Source: Laetmonice hystrix | Taxonomy: Eukaryota | Direction: 5' to 3' | NCBI GenBank assembly: GCA_965235115.1 | Contig: OZ249436.1 | Span: forward strand, 21,888,001-21,952,000 | Length of the DNA: 64,000 bases | Shown: one piece after another, positions 38,101-51,008 of the stretch | Position numbering within the stretch: position 1 is the first letter of the stretch | How the letters are laid out: every line of letters begins with the position of its first letter | Program-made: the position numbers and the translations under genes | Notes under the pieces: model-generated | Database searches by the model: none | Seen by the model: only the letters and a program-made list of their open reading frames with translations | What the model was told of the DNA's origin: nothing

Positions 38101-38593
38101 CTGGCGGGTAGGGCAACATATACTCCCTGTTAATGACAAACTTCACAGGCACAACAAACGTTTACCTGTAAAGTGTGAACTATGTGGGGCGGGCAGGGAA
38201 ACTTTAGATCACATTTTATTGTTGTGTCCAGTTGTACGTCCGGTTGCAAGGGAAGTGGAGGTCTTGATCTCAGAGATCTTGGATGCTCCATTTTTCCTGG
38301 ACAGAGAAGTAATTTTATTCAATATTTTACCTCGGATGAGGGATCAGACACGGGGTCTGGTGTTGCTTCTCTTGAATTGTTTTAAGAGGGAGGTCTGGCA
38401 TCATCGTAATAGGGTTAAGTTGGGCTTGGCCAGACCTAACCCTGAAAGAGTGTGGTCGGCCCTGATGGCAGGGCTCAAGTGGAGGTTTTCTATTGATGTG
38501 TGTCGCCCTCAAAATACTAAATGGGTAGAAGCATGGGCAGTTGGAAAGGTTTGTGCGGGAAAAGTGGGTCAGGAATTTGTCTTCCTCTTGTAG
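35126..38593 (+). CDS. Retrotransposon ORF2: APE-type endonuclease, reverse transcriptase, C-terminal zinc finger (1155 aa)
   Basis: APE motifs SLNCKGL, FLQETH, NIYAPN, GDFN, RLDRFY, SDH. RT motifs KSPGEDG, WRPISLLNTDYK, LDQEKAFDRV, RQGCGLSPLLY, YADD. C-terminal CELC...HILLLC. Confidence 0.97.
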   Translation: MAKSFKITSLNCKGLQNPIKCDLLGSYLATRSFDVLFLQETHVGGAEDQDRVESACGGSGVFSFGQSDSSGVAVIFRRGLEYDIKSSRCDDSGRVTSVVAEINGQVFNFINIYAPNIAVQRKAFISGLADFVMFETAVILAGDFNFIEDVFMDKKGGNPKRGLGGKVEMEALAGRFNLLDVFRHKNPSRKEFSFSGAGVATRLDRFYVTKDLVENVENVGYVPCSYSDHKIVDMQLSWKSISEDFRHSGLWKCNVTVLKDIDFVRDMEMEWQVLSQSKVKDMVWWEDCKVRFKSLIIKHSKRLARQRRQHVLQLEKSILFFQALADGGLEDLECVVDGLKLDLEHLLEEKLKGARIRSRVQHVENDEKPSRFFLKQEKMNGSAKVISELEVEGRVITDKMDIVAACRNFYKCLYTKEDIDREVAQKYLDRLPRLASEGRAECEGFLSKEEVFSSLKSMKDGKSPGEDGLPQEFYVGFFHLFGGDLVNVFNQAFHAGVLGESLRTGVIRLICKDVTKKENLGYWRPISLLNTDYKLISKSICNRMVKVLDEIVHEDQTCAIKGRTIHDSLHLIRSVIDYANDHDIPCGILSLDQEKAFDRVSHEFLFMALRSYGFGPDLIRWVRLLYTDISSRVFVNGILSNEFEVQRSVRQGCGLSPLLYVLVIEPLAVMMRADFRMEGLKIPGSPRTVQLVHYADDMNPVVTSERAVRVALEIVNEFGRASGAKLNRRKSKGMWVGKWRHRKGVLHGIDFSCESLKCLGVVFGRHQSEWQKLNWEPLVEKLAKVLEGWKVRKMTLAGRAVILNTVALSKLWHRGQVIHMNDKYIKKFERIIYKFLWPGGAERVQRRVMVLDRVRGGVGLVDLGSKLESFRISHIGKLLRSQLAQKWSEFAVFYCGFQLRAERPEFGSNSRPHAWNISLFYERCLREWKKFNESQNVSLQSLTSGDIYKVLTKKWVIVPLVATKSVNIFVDFSVCWNNCCHWFLPSEIKEFAWRVGQHILPVNDKLHRHNKRLPVKCELCGAGRETLDHILLLCPVVRPVAREVEVLISEILDAPFFLDREVILFNILPRMRDQTRGLVLLLLNCFKREVWHHRNRVKLGLARPNPERVWSALMAGLKWRFSIDVCRPQNTKWVEAWAVGKVCAGKVGQEFVFLL

Positions 38594-38871
38594 AATAGTT
38601 CACCCCCCTTTTTTTAAAGGATATGGTCGGTGCATATTGAAGGATTGTTGAAATGGTGGAGTATTCCTTGAGTGTGCAGGTTTTAATGTTTGAGTGTTGC
38701 CACTTGGGAGTTTTTAACTAGTCAACTCTAGCCTTTTTCAATTTTCCTTTTGTACTTAGTTTGCTCTTTACTATATTGTCTGGCATGTAGGCTTTAGGGT
38801 CTGGTGCCAGGGTTATCGTTAAGAGTAGTTATTGGTTTTTAGAGTCTTTTATAAAAAAAAAAAAAAAAAAA

Positions 38872-38945
38872 AAAGATTTCCGTGGGGAGGAACATTACAA
38901 TGAGTCTATAGACGAATTTTTGCATCCCTGCTCTAAGAGCGGGGT
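38872..38945 (+). pseudogene. U5: 3' part of the interrupted U5 gene (variant A)
   Basis: AAAGATTTCCGTGGGGAGGAAC, Sm site and 3' hairpin resume right after the poly(A). Confidence 0.95.
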
Positions 38946-39870
38946 AAATGAATAATGAAGAATAGTCTCCTAACGCAAACTGATTCAGACGAAGAATGTT
39001 GTTTATGAATAGGCCTAATTGGGATGGAAAATAAAAATTGTAACTAGTAAATGAAGAAAAAAAGATTACCGCAAGGAGATACATTCCAGTGCCTTTCAGA
39101 ATTATTTGAGGAACATCTCCTCAAAGGGCTGGGTATTTAAAGCGAGGGAACTGAATGTTCTGCCTGAAGGCAGCATATAGGTACACGCTACAGTTAATGT
39201 TTTCTTTTTATCATAAATATCTATTCTGCCTGAAAAAAAACCATCAAACACGCAATGTGCCCCCGGACGGGCGCGGTGACGACAGAGGTAGACCTACCTT
39301 CCCGTTGTCCTAAAGATTACCTACACACAGAAGCCTTAGAGCGTCTGTACTCTTTTCATGGTCTCGATGTATGGATCAATTTGACAAAACCAATGCGTCT
39401 AAGACAAATAAATTTTGCAGTCGTTCTTCAAGGCAGACTGCCCTTCAAGATGCTCTATTCTTAGCATATTTTGTCATTTGATCTGGGCCATGGCGTAAAT
39501 TGGGCACTTTTGCTGTGCAATAAGTCGGCCGGGGAGCGGTTTGACACGTTGTCGCCAGACGGCCTTCAGTGCACAAGGCTAGGTGGCGCTGTGGTCACCG
39601 TAAGTAAACCAAGGTATTGCTGATAACAGAAGTTCATAAACATATTATGTTGTTTTATCATAACAAAGAAAAAGAAAAGTTCCTTCTTCTAAATCAGCAT
39701 TAATTTTATTGTGAAAATAGCAAGCTTGGATACCTTATCTCAGAACTAAGGGCATTATCCTTTCAGTATTCCCAAATGAAAAAATGAAACCTTCGTAGAT
39801 GAAAATACACCATTCTTGATGAGTTAGGTACTTGAACCACTCGACACTTCCCCTCTTCAGTAAATCAGAG

Positions 39871-39991
39871 AACTCACGTTTCTCCTCATTCCACGTATAA
39901 ATCTTTCGCCTTTTACTAAAGATTTCCGTGGGGAGGAACATTACAATGAGTCTATAGACGAATTTTTGCATCCCTGCTCTCAGAGCGGGGT
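39871..39991 (+). ncRNA. U5: U5 snRNA (variant B)
   Basis: Identical to 1804-1924. Confidence 0.97.
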
Positions 39992-40512
39992 AATTAAAAA
40001 AGGAAGAATAGTCTCCTAACGCAAACTGATTCAGACGACGAATGTTGTTTGTAAATAGGCCTAAATAAGATGGAAAAACAAAAATTGTAAAATAGTAAAT
40101 GAAGAAATTAAGGTTACCGCAAGGAAATATATATTCCAGTGGTTTCAGAATTATTTTAGGAACATCTCCTCAAAGAGTGGGGAATTTAATGCAAAGGAAC
40201 TGCATGTTCTGCCTGAAGGCGGCATTATGTACACGTTACAGGTATAAAATGTTTTCTTTTTATTATAAATGGTTATTCTGCCTGGAAAGAAACAAATAAC
40301 ACAAACACGTAATGGGCCCCCGGACGGGCGCGTTGGCAACAGAGGTAGACTTACCTGCCTGTTGTCCAAAAGATTACCTATAAATAAATTTTGCAGTTCT
40401 TGTTAAAAGGAGACTGCGCTTCAAGATACTCTATTCTTAGCATATTTTGTCATTTGATCTGGGCCATGGCACAAATTGGGCGCTTTTGCTGTGCAATAAG
40501 TCGGCCGGGGAG

Positions 40513-42500
40513 CAGTCTCGGTAACGCCAGACTCTCAGATAAGAGAGTCTGGGAGAGTTCCGATCTTTCATTGTTACCGCATGGTGGCGCGTCGAACGTT
40601 TAGGAACATAAGCGGCTCGAGGAGGCCAGAGAAAAACAACCGACCTTTTCGCTTCACGAAAATTCGCTTGATAAAATTGCTCGACAAGACTACGTTTTAC
40701 TAAGAAAAAGTCGTCATCATGTGTAAAATATGACTCTAGGCCCCCTATTTTGGCTATAGGCCTATAGGCCGACTGATTGCATTGTGCGGTGTAGAGCGAA
40801 CACCTAGGCTGTGTGCATGTCAATTGTCCGTTGAAATTTGAAAAATCCTTAATACTATCTTACTCAGTTCCTAAAGTTCTATGGTTCATACAATAAAGTT
40901 AATTGCTTATCAAACGACATATAGGCCCACTAGCCTATATGTAGGTGACCGATTAAACAGACGCTGTCTCAGGTTTGGAAATATGTGATCTATGATATAG
41001 GCCCCTATGCCGTGCTGGGCAGTGGGCGGGCGCTTACTGGCTCACCCGCCGGGAGCGACCGGTGGGGGCCAGGGGCAGGGGAGCGAGGCGGCAGGCAGGC
41101 AAGACGCCAGAGTCCATGCAAGCAGGGATGATGCCGTCCTTGCAAAACGTCTCTAGACTAGAATATAAAACACACATTCCGCCCAATAGCGCTCCAATAT
41201 TAGTTACGGGTTTTCCTATTAAACCGAGGCTGTCTCAGGCTTGAAAATATGGCAGACTCTGACTGCGTAAGGTCAGACTTGCAGGCTCAGCCCGGCGGGA
41301 GTGACCGAGCCCGAGGTGGCGGCCGGCGCTGCAGGCGGGGTAGGCCTACCGAAGTCTGTGCATGCATGCACTCGGAACAGGTTTCTAGGTCATATCCGGA
41401 GGCGAAGCAGGCCTCGGATGTATGAAGCGGCCATTTTCCCGTTTTTCGTGCAAAGTAGTGTAAAGCGGTCGCACATGAACACAAGAGTAAATAGTCGACC
41501 CCTACGCACAGGCACATAGGCCTTGTTCAAATATAATTTCTCAGCATACCTATACCTCGAATTTTCTATCGTGGAGACAAAACAGTCTCTTCTTCACCTG
41601 GGAGGAAACCCAGATATTCTGACTTTGTATAAAGTCCGACACTAGGGAGTTCTACATTTTCGGCACGGCGGCAGCGCGCGAGTTTGTTGTTTACATCCGG
41701 GTCAGTGGTCCCGACCTAGCCACCCACCCACCCCACCCCCCAGCATGGCGACCTTCGTCGTACAGCCGAGATATGACGGAGTCAATCGTGGGTGAGCCGA
41801 GTGTGCATGCATGATGCCGCCGTTGGAGGCTTGTATAAAACGTCGCGAGAACGCTAAAACCAGCCGTTGATCAGCATGAGCAGACTTCCGCTAAATTTGA
41901 CCAATCGGCTGCAAGACGACCGGATGCAGAATTCCTGTAGCCTACTTTTTGAAAGCCGCTTATGTCTCGGAACAACGTCACAAACAGTAGATACAAAAGG
42001 TTATGATCCACTATTTATTTTCTTCTATAATTTAATGTAATGTTTTGGCCATTTTCAATGTTTAAAATAATTTCTGCGAATGTCTGCTTGGCATGGCAGG
42101 TTAGATATGCATGTTTCCGACAATAAAAACTCAATTTACGTATAGGTTGAATGATTAGATTTTATTTTATCGGAGCTTCTGTTACATGACCCCAGGTGGC
42201 ACCACCAAATCGACCAGAATACAGGCCTGTGATACATAACATATTGGCTAAGATTTTCCAAGGAAAGTTAAGCAGATATTCTCTAATAATACACTGATAT
42301 TATTGATCATATAGTGAACTTTTTCTCTGTGGTATTTGATGAGCACATTCAGGGGGGTTATATCCATTCTTGGCCCTAGATACATTCACTCCATACCTTT
42401 TTGAGGGACAACCAGCAGCCCATTGGCTAAATAGGGGGTCATGACCAAAAGCTTCCAGACCCTCTGCTAGGGCCGCTGAGGGTCTGGATAATCGAGACTG
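40513..42500. mobile_element. Copy of DNA-transposon-like insert, deletion allele
   Basis: Same TIRs and TSD. Confidence 0.8.
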
Positions 42501-42844
42501 GCCGGGGAGCGGTTTGACGCGTTGTCGCCAGACGGCCTTCAGTGCACAAGGCTATAGGTGGCGCTGTGGTCACCGTAAGTAAACCAAGGTATATGCTGAT
42601 AACAGAAGTACATAAACATATTAGCCTATGTTGTTTTATCATAACAAAGAAAAAGAAAAGTTCCTTCTTTTAAATCAGCATTTATTGTGAAAAATAGCAA
42701 GCTTGGATACCTTATCTCAGACCTAAGGCATTTTCCAGTAAGGACCCCCCCCCCCAAATGAAACATTCGTAGATGAAAAGACACCATTCTGGATGAGTTA
42801 GGTACTTGAACCACTCGACACTTCCCCTGTTCAGTAAATCAGAG

Positions 42845-42965
42845 AACTCACGTTTCTCCTCATTCCACGTATAAATCTTTCGCCTTTTACTAAAGATTTC
42901 CGTGGGGAGGAACATTACAATGAGTCTATAGACGAATTTTTGCATCCCTGCTCTAAGAGCGGGGT
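42845..42965 (+). ncRNA. U5: U5 snRNA (variant A)
   Basis: Identical to 758-878. Confidence 0.97.
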
Positions 42966-43890
42966 AAATGAATAATGAAGAATAGTCTCCTAACGCAAAC
43001 TGATTCAGACGAAGAATGTTGTTTATGAATAGGCCTAATTGGGATGGAAAATAAAAATTGTAACTAGTAAATGAAGAAAAAAAGATTACCGCAAGGAGAT
43101 ACATTCCAGTGCCTTTCAGAATTATTTGAGGAACATCTCCTCAAAGGGCTGGGTATTTAAAGCGAGGGAACTGAATGTTCTGCCTGAAGGCAGCATATAG
43201 GTACACGCTACAGTTAATGTTTTCTTTTTATCATAAATATCTATTCTGCCTGAAAAAAACCCATCAAACACGCAATGTGCCCCCGGACGGGCGCGGTGAC
43301 GACAGAGGTAGACCTACCTTCCCGTTGTCCTAAAGATTACCTACACACAGAAGCCTTAGAGCGTCTGTACTCTTTTCATGGTCTCGATGTATGGATCAAT
43401 TTGACAAAACCAATGCGTCTAAGACAAATAAATTTTGCAGTCGTTCTTCAAGGCAGACTGCCCTTCAAGATGCTCTATTCTTAGCATATTTTGTCGTTTG
43501 ATCTGGGCCATGGCGTAAATTGGGCACTTTTGCTGTGCAATAAGTCGGCCGGGGAGCGGTTTGACACGTTGTCGCCAGACGGCCTTCAGTGCACAAGGCT
43601 AGGTGGCGCTGTGGTCACCGTAAGTAAACCAAGGTATTGCTGATAACAGAAGTTCATAAACATATTATGTTGTTTTATCATAACGAAGAAAAAGAAAAGT
43701 TCCTTCTTCTAAATCAGCATTAATTTTATTGTGAAAATAGTAAGCTTGGATACCTTATCTCAGAACTAAGGGCATTATCCTTTCAGTATTCCCAAATGAA
43801 AAAATGAAACCTTCGTAGATGAAAATACACCATTCTTGATGAGTTAGGTACTTGAACCACTCGACACTTCCCCTCTTCAGTAAATCAGAG

Positions 43891-44011
43891 AACTCACGTT
43901 TCTCCTCATTCCACGTATAAATCTTTCGCCTTTTACTAAAGATTTCCGTGGGGAGGAACATTACAATGAGTCTATAGACGAATTTTTGCATCCCTGCTCT
44001 CAGAGCGGGGT
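43891..44011 (+). ncRNA. U5: U5 snRNA (variant B)
   Basis: Identical to 1804-1924. Confidence 0.97.
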
Positions 44012-44532
44012 AATTAAAAAAGGAAGAATAGTCTCCTAACGCAAACTGATTCAGACGACGAATGTTGTTTGTAAATAGGCCTAAATAAGATGGAAAAACA
44101 AAAATTGTAAAATAGTAAATGAAGAAATTAAGGTTACCGCAAGGAAATATATATTCCAGTGGTTTCAGAATTATTTTAGGAACATCTCCTCAAAGAGTAG
44201 GGAATTTAATGCAAAGGAACTGCATGTTCTGCCTGAAGGCGGCATTATGTACACGTTACAGGTATAAAATGTTTTCTTTTTATTATAAATGGTTATTCTG
44301 CCTGGAAAGAAACAAATAACACAAACACGTAATGGGCCCCCGGACGGGCGCGTTGGCAACAGAGGTAGACCTACCTGCCTGTTGTCCAAAAGATTACCTA
44401 TAAATAAATTTTGCAGTTCTTGTTAAAAGGAGACTGCGCTTCAAGATACTCTATTCTTAGCATATTTTGTCATTTGATCTGGGCCATGGCACAAATTGGG
44501 CGCTTTTGCTGTGCAATAAGTCGGCCGGGGAG

Positions 44533-46521
44533 CAGTCTCGGTAACGCCAGACTCTCAGATAAGAGAGTCTGGGAGAGTTCCGATCTTTCATTGTTACCGC
44601 ATGGTGGCGCGTCGAACGTTTAGGAACATAAGCGGCTCGAGGAGGCCAGAGAAAAACAACCGACCTTTTCGCTTCACGAAAATTCGCTTGATAAAATTGC
44701 TCGACAAGACTACGTTTTACTAAGAAAAAGTCGTCATCATGTGTAAAATATGACTCTAGGCCCCCTATTTTGGCTATAGGCCTATAGGCCGACTGATTGC
44801 ATTGTGCGGTGTAGAGCGAACACCTAGGCTGTGTGCATGTCAATTGTCCGTTGAAATTTGAAAAATCCTTAATACTATCTTACTCAGTTCCTAAAGTTCT
44901 ATGGTTCATACAATAAAGTTAATTGCTTATCAAACGACATATAGGCCCACTAGCCTATATGTAGGTGACCGATTAAACAGACGCTGTCTCAGGTTTGGAA
45001 ATATGTGATCTATGATATAGGCCCCTATGCCGTGCTGGGCAGTGGGCGGGCGCTTACTGGCTCACCCGCCGGGAGCGACCGGTGGGGGCCAGGGGCAGGG
45101 GAGCGAGGCGGCAGGCAGGCAAGACGCCAGAGTCCATGCAAGCAGGGATGATGCCGTCCTTGCAAAACGTCTCTAGACTAGAATATAAAACACACATTCC
45201 GCCCAATAGCGCTCCAATATTAGTTACGGGTTTTCCTATTAAACCGAGGCTGTCTCAGGCTTGAAAATATGGCAGACTCTGACTGCGTAAGGTCAGACTT
45301 GCAGGCTCAGCCCGGCGGGAGTGACCGAGCCCGAGGTGGCGGCCGGCGCTGCAGGCGGGGTAGGCCTACCGAAGTCTGTGCATGCATGCACTCGGAACAG
45401 GTTTCTAGGTCATATCCGGAGGCGAAGCAGGCCTCGGATGTATGAAGCGGCCATTTTCCCGTTTTTCGTGCAAAGTAGTGTAAAGCGGTCGCACATGAAC
45501 ACAAGAGTAAATAGTCGACCCCTACGCACAGGCACATAGGCCTTGTTCAAATATAATTTCTCAGCATACCTATACCTCGAATTTTCTATCGTGGAGACAA
45601 AACAGTCTCTTCTTCACCTGGGAGGAAACCCAGATATTCTGACTTTGTATAAAGTCCGACACTAGGGAGTTCTACATTTTCGGCACGGCGGCAGCGCGCG
45701 AGTTTGTTGTTTACATCCGGGTCAGTGGTCCCGACCTAGCCACCCACCCACCCCACCCCCCAGCATGGCGACCTTCGTCGTACAGCCGAGATATGACGGA
45801 GTCAATCGTGGGTGAGCCGAGTGTGCATGCATGATGCCGCCGTTGGAGGCTTGTATAAAACGTCGCGAGAACGCTAAAACCAGCCGTTGATCAGCATGAG
45901 CAGACTTCCGCTAAATTTGACCAATCGGCTGCAAGACGACCGGATGCAGAATTCCTGTAGCCTACTTTTTGAAAGCCGCTTATGTCTCGGAACAACGTCA
46001 CAAACAGTAGATACAAAAGGTTATGATCCACTATTTATTTTCTTCTATAATTTAATGTAATGTTTTGGCCATTTTCAATGTTTAAAATAATTTCTGCGAA
46101 TGTCTGCTTGGCATGGCAGGTTAGATATGCATGTTTCCGACAATAAAAACTCAATTTACGTATAGGTTGAATGATTAGATTTTATTTTATCGGAGCTTCT
46201 GTTACATGACCCCAGGTGGCACCACCAAATCGACCAGAATACAGGCCTGTGATACATAACATATTGGCTAAGATTTTCCAAGGAAAGTTAAGCAGATATT
46301 CTCTAATAATACACTGATATTATTGATCATAATAGTGAACTTTTTCTCTGTGGTATTTGATGAGCACATTCAGGGGGGTTATATCCATTCTTGGCCCTAG
46401 ATACATTCACTCCATACCTTTTTGAGGGACAACCAGCAGCCCATTGGCTAAATAGGGGGTCATGACCAAAAGCTTCCAGACCCTCTGCTAGGGCCGCTGA
46501 GGGTCTGGATAATCGAGACTG
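44533..46521. mobile_element. Copy of DNA-transposon-like insert, deletion allele
   Basis: Same TIRs and TSD. Confidence 0.8.
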
Positions 46522-46865
46522 GCCGGGGAGCGGTTTGACGCGTTGTCGCCAGACGGCCTTCAGTGCACAAGGCTATAGGTGGCGCTGTGGTCACCGTAAG
46601 TAAACCAAGGTATATGCTGATAACAGAAGTACATAAACATATTAGCCTATGTTGTTTTATCATAACAAAGAAAAAGAAAAGTTCCTTCTTTTAAATCAGC
46701 ATTTATTGTGAAAAATAGCAAGCTTGGATACCTTATCTCAGACCTAAGGCATTTTCCAGTAAGGACCCCCCCCCCCAAATGAAACATTCGTAGATGAAAA
46801 GACACCATTCTGGATGAGTTAGGTACTTGAACCACTCGACACTTCCCCTGTTCAGTAAATCAGAG

Positions 46866-46986
46866 AACTCACGTTTCTCCTCATTCCACGTATAAATCTT
46901 TCGCCTTTTACTAAAGATTTCCGTGGGGAGGAACATTACAATGAGTCTATAGACGAATTTTTGCATCCCTGCTCTAAGAGCGGGGT
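46866..46986 (+). ncRNA. U5: U5 snRNA (variant A)
   Basis: Identical to 758-878. Confidence 0.97.
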
Positions 46987-47911
46987 AAATGAATAATGAA
47001 GAATAGTCTCCTAACGCAAACTGATTCAGACGAAGAATGTTGTTTATGAATAGGCCTAATTGGGATGGAAAATAAAAATTGTAACTAGTAAATGAAGAAA
47101 AAAAGATTACCGCAAGGAGATACATTCCAGTGCCTTTCAGAATTATTTGAGGAACATCTCCTCAAAGGGCTGGGTATTTAAAGCGAGGGAACTGAATGTT
47201 CTGCCTGAAGGCAGCATATAGGTACACGCTACAGTTAATGTTTTCTTTTTATCATAAATATCTATTCTGCCTGAAAAAAACCCATCAAACACGCAATGTG
47301 CCCCCGGACGGGCGCGGTGACGACAGAGGTAGACCTACCTTCCCGTTGTCCTAAAGATTACCTACACACAGAAGCCTTAGAGCGTCTGTACTCTTTTCAT
47401 GGTCTCGATGTATGGATCAATTTGACAAAACCAATGCGTCTAAGACAAATAAATTTTGCAGTCGTTCTTCAAGGCAGACTGCCCTTCAAGATGCTCTATT
47501 CTTAGCATATTTTGTCATTTGATCTGGGCCATGGCGTAAATTGGGCACTTTTGCTGTGCAATAAGTCGGCCGGGGAGCGGTTTGACACGTTGTCGCCAGA
47601 CGGCCTTCAGTGCACAAGGCTAGGTGGCGCTGTGGTCACCGTAAGTAAACCAAGGTATTGCTGATAACAGAAGTTCATAAACATATTATGTTGTTTTATC
47701 ATAACAAAGAAAAAGAAAAGTTCCTTCTTCTAAATCAGCATTAATTTTATTGTGAAAATAGCAAGCTTGGATACCTTATCTCAGAACTAAGGGCATTATC
47801 CTTTCAGTATTCCCAAATGAAAAAATGAAACCTTCGTAGATGAAAATACACCATTCTTGATGAGTTAGGTACTTGAACCACTCGACACTTCCCCTCTTCA
47901 GTAAATCAGAG

Positions 47912-48032
47912 AACTCACGTTTCTCCTCATTCCACGTATAAATCTTTCGCCTTTTACTAAAGATTTCCGTGGGGAGGAACATTACAATGAGTCTATAGAC
48001 GAATTTTTGCATCCCTGCTCTCAGAGCGGGGT
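47912..48032 (+). ncRNA. U5: U5 snRNA (variant B)
   Basis: Identical to 1804-1924. Confidence 0.97.
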
Positions 48033-48553
48033 AATTAAAAAAGGAAGAATAGTCTCCTAACGCAAACTGATTCAGACGACGAATGTTGTTTGTAAATAGG
48101 CCTAAATAAGATGGAAAAACAAAAATTGTAAAATAGTAAATGAAGAAATTAAGGTTACCGCAAGGAAATATATATTCCAGTGGTTTCAGAATTATTTTAG
48201 GAACATCTCCTCAAAGAGTGGGGAATTTAATGCAAAGGAACTGCATGTTCTGCCTGAAGGCGGCATTATGTACACGTTACAGGTATAAAATGTTTTCTTT
48301 TTATTATAAATGGTTATTCTGCCTGGAAAGAAACAAATAACACAAACACGTAATGGGCCCCCGGACGGGCGCGTTGGCAACAGAGGTAGACCTACCTGCC
48401 TGTTGTCCAAAAGATTACCTATAAATAAATTTTGCAGTTCTTGTTAAAAGGAGACTGCGCTTCAAGATACTCTATTCTTAGCATATTTTGTCATTTGATC
48501 TGGGCCATGGCACAAATTGGGCGCTTTTGCTGTGCAATAAGTCGGCCGGGGAG

Positions 48554-50542
48554 CAGTCTCGGTAACGCCAGACTCTCAGATAAGAGAGTCTGGGAGAGTT
48601 CCGATCTTTCATTGTTACCGCATGGTGGCGCGTCGAACGTTTAGGAACATAAGCGGCTCGAGGAGGCCAGAGAAAAACAACCGACCTTTTCGCTTCACGA
48701 AAATTCGCTTGATAAAATTGCTCGACAAGACTACGTTTTACTAAGAAAAAGTCGTCATCATGTGTAAAATATGACTCTAGGCCCCCTATTTTGGCTATAG
48801 GCCTATAGGCCGACTGATTGCATTGTGCGGTGTAGAGCGAACACCTAGGCTGTGTGCATGTCAATTGTCCGTTGAAATTTGAAAAATCCTTAATACTATC
48901 TTACTCAGTTCCTAAAGTTCTATGGTTCATACAATAAAGTTAATTGCTTATCAAACGACATATAGGCCCACTAGCCTATATGTAGGTGACCGATTAAACA
49001 GACGCTGTCTCAGGTTTGGAAATATGTGATCTATGATATAGGCCCCTATGCCGTGCTGGGCAGTGGGCGGGCGCTTACTGGCTCACCCGCCGGGAGCGAC
49101 CGGTGGGGGCCAGGGGCAGGGGAGCGAGGCGGCAGGCAGGCAAGACGCCAGAGTCCATGCAAGCAGGGATGATGCCGTCCTTGCAAAACGTCTCTAGACT
49201 AGAATATAAAACACACATTCCGCCCAATAGCGCTCCAATATTAGTTACGGGTTTTCCTATTAAACCGAGGCTGTCTCAGGCTTGAAAATATGGCAGACTC
49301 TGACTGCGTAAGGTCAGACTTGCAGGCTCAGCCCGGCGGGAGTGACCGAGCCCGAGGTGGCGGCCGGCGCTGCAGGCGGGGTAGGCCTACCGAAGTCTGT
49401 GCATGCATGCACTCGGAACAGGTTTCTAGGTCATATCCGGAGGCGAAGCAGGCCTCGGATGTATGAAGCGGCCATTTTCCCGTTTTTCGTGCAAAGTAGT
49501 GTAAAGCGGTCGCACATGAACACAAGAGTAAATAGTCGACCCCTACGCACAGGCACATAGGCCTTGTTCAAATATAATTTCTCAGCATACCTATACCTCG
49601 AATTTTCTATCGTGGAGACAAAACAGTCTCTTCTTCACCTGGGAGGAAACCCAGATATTCTGACTTTGTATAAAGTCCGACACTAGGGAGTTCTACATTT
49701 TCGGCACGGCGGCAGCGCGCGAGTTTGTTGTTTACATCCGGGTCAGTGGTCCCGACCTAGCCACCCACCCACCCCACCCCCCAGCATGGCGACCTTCGTC
49801 GTACAGCCGAGATATGACGGAGTCAATCGTGGGTGAGCCGAGTGTGCATGCATGATGCCGCCGTTGGAGGCTTGTATAAAACGTCGCGAGAACGCTAAAA
49901 CCAGCCGTTGATCAGCATGAGCAGACTTCCGCTAAATTTGACCAATCGGCTGCAAGACGACCGGATGCAGAATTCCTGTAGCCTACTTTTTGAAAGCCGC
50001 TTATGTCTCGGAACAACGTCACAAACAGTAGATACAAAAGGTTATGATCCACTATTTATTTTCTTCTATAATTTAATGTAATGTTTTGGCCATTTTCAAT
50101 GTTTAAAATAATTTCTGCGAATGTCTGCTTGGCATGGCAGGTTAGATATGCATGTTTCCGACAATAAAAACTCAATTTACGTATAGGTTGAATGATTAGA
50201 TTTTATTTTATCGGAGCTTCTGTTACATGACCCCAGGTGGCACCACCAAATCGACCAGAATACAGGCCTGTGATACATAACATATTGGCTAAGATTTTCC
50301 AAGGAAAGTTAAGCAGATATTCTCTAATAATACACTGATATTATTGATCATAATAGTGAACTTTTTCTCTGTGGTATTTGATGAGCACATTCAGGGGGGT
50401 TATATCCATTCTTGGCCCTAGATACATTCACTCCATACCTTTTTGAGGGACAACCAGCAGCCCATTGGCTAAATAGGGGGTCATGACCAAAAGCTTCCAG
50501 ACCCTCTGCTAGGGCCGCTGAGGGTCTGGATAATCGAGACTG
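48554..50542. mobile_element. Copy of DNA-transposon-like insert, deletion allele
   Basis: Same TIRs and TSD. Confidence 0.8.
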
Positions 50543-50887
50543 GCCGGGGAGCGGTTTGACGCGTTGTCGCCAGACGGCCTTCAGTGCACAAGGCTATAGG
50601 TGGCGCTGTGGTCACCGTAAGTAAACCAAGGTATATGCTGATAACAGAAGTACATAAACATATTAGCCTATGTTGTTTTATCATAACAAAGAAAAAGAAA
50701 AGTTCCTTCTTTTAAATCAGCATTTATTGTGAAAAATAGCAAGCTTGGATACCTTATCTCAGACCTAAGGCATTTTCCAGTAAGGACCCCCCCCCCCCAA
50801 ATGAAACATTCGTAGATGAAAAGACACCATTCTGGATGAGTTAGGTACTTGAACCACTCGACACTTCCCCTGTTCAGTAAATCAGAG

Positions 50888-51008
50888 AACTCACGTTTCT
50901 CCTCATTCCACGTATAAATCTTTCGCCTTTTACTAAAGATTTCCGTGGGGAGGAACATTACAATGAGTCTATAGACGAATTTTTGCATCCCTGCTCTAAG
51001 AGCGGGGT
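50888..51008 (+). ncRNA. U5: U5 snRNA (variant A)
   Basis: Identical to 758-878. Confidence 0.97.

Larger units (their letters stand above)
33001..38871 (+). mobile_element. Full-length Tx1/L1-type non-LTR retrotransposon inserted in U5 snRNA
   Basis: ~440-nt 5' UTR, ORF1, 98-bp spacer, ORF2, ~260-nt 3' UTR, poly(A) 38853-38874. TSD AAAGATTTCCGTGGGGA at 32984-33000 and 38872-38888 (up to 17 bp; both edges ambiguous by microhomology). Confidence 0.96.

Noticed and set aside
33197..38512. Short antisense and alternate-frame ORFs within the retrotransposon
   Set aside because: Shadows of ORF1/ORF2 or of the UTR, with no motifs.
38780..38810. 3' UTR hairpin CTGGCA...TGCCAG as an RT recognition signal
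   Set aside because: Short stem, and the truncated copy has a substitution in it without a clear compensatory change.
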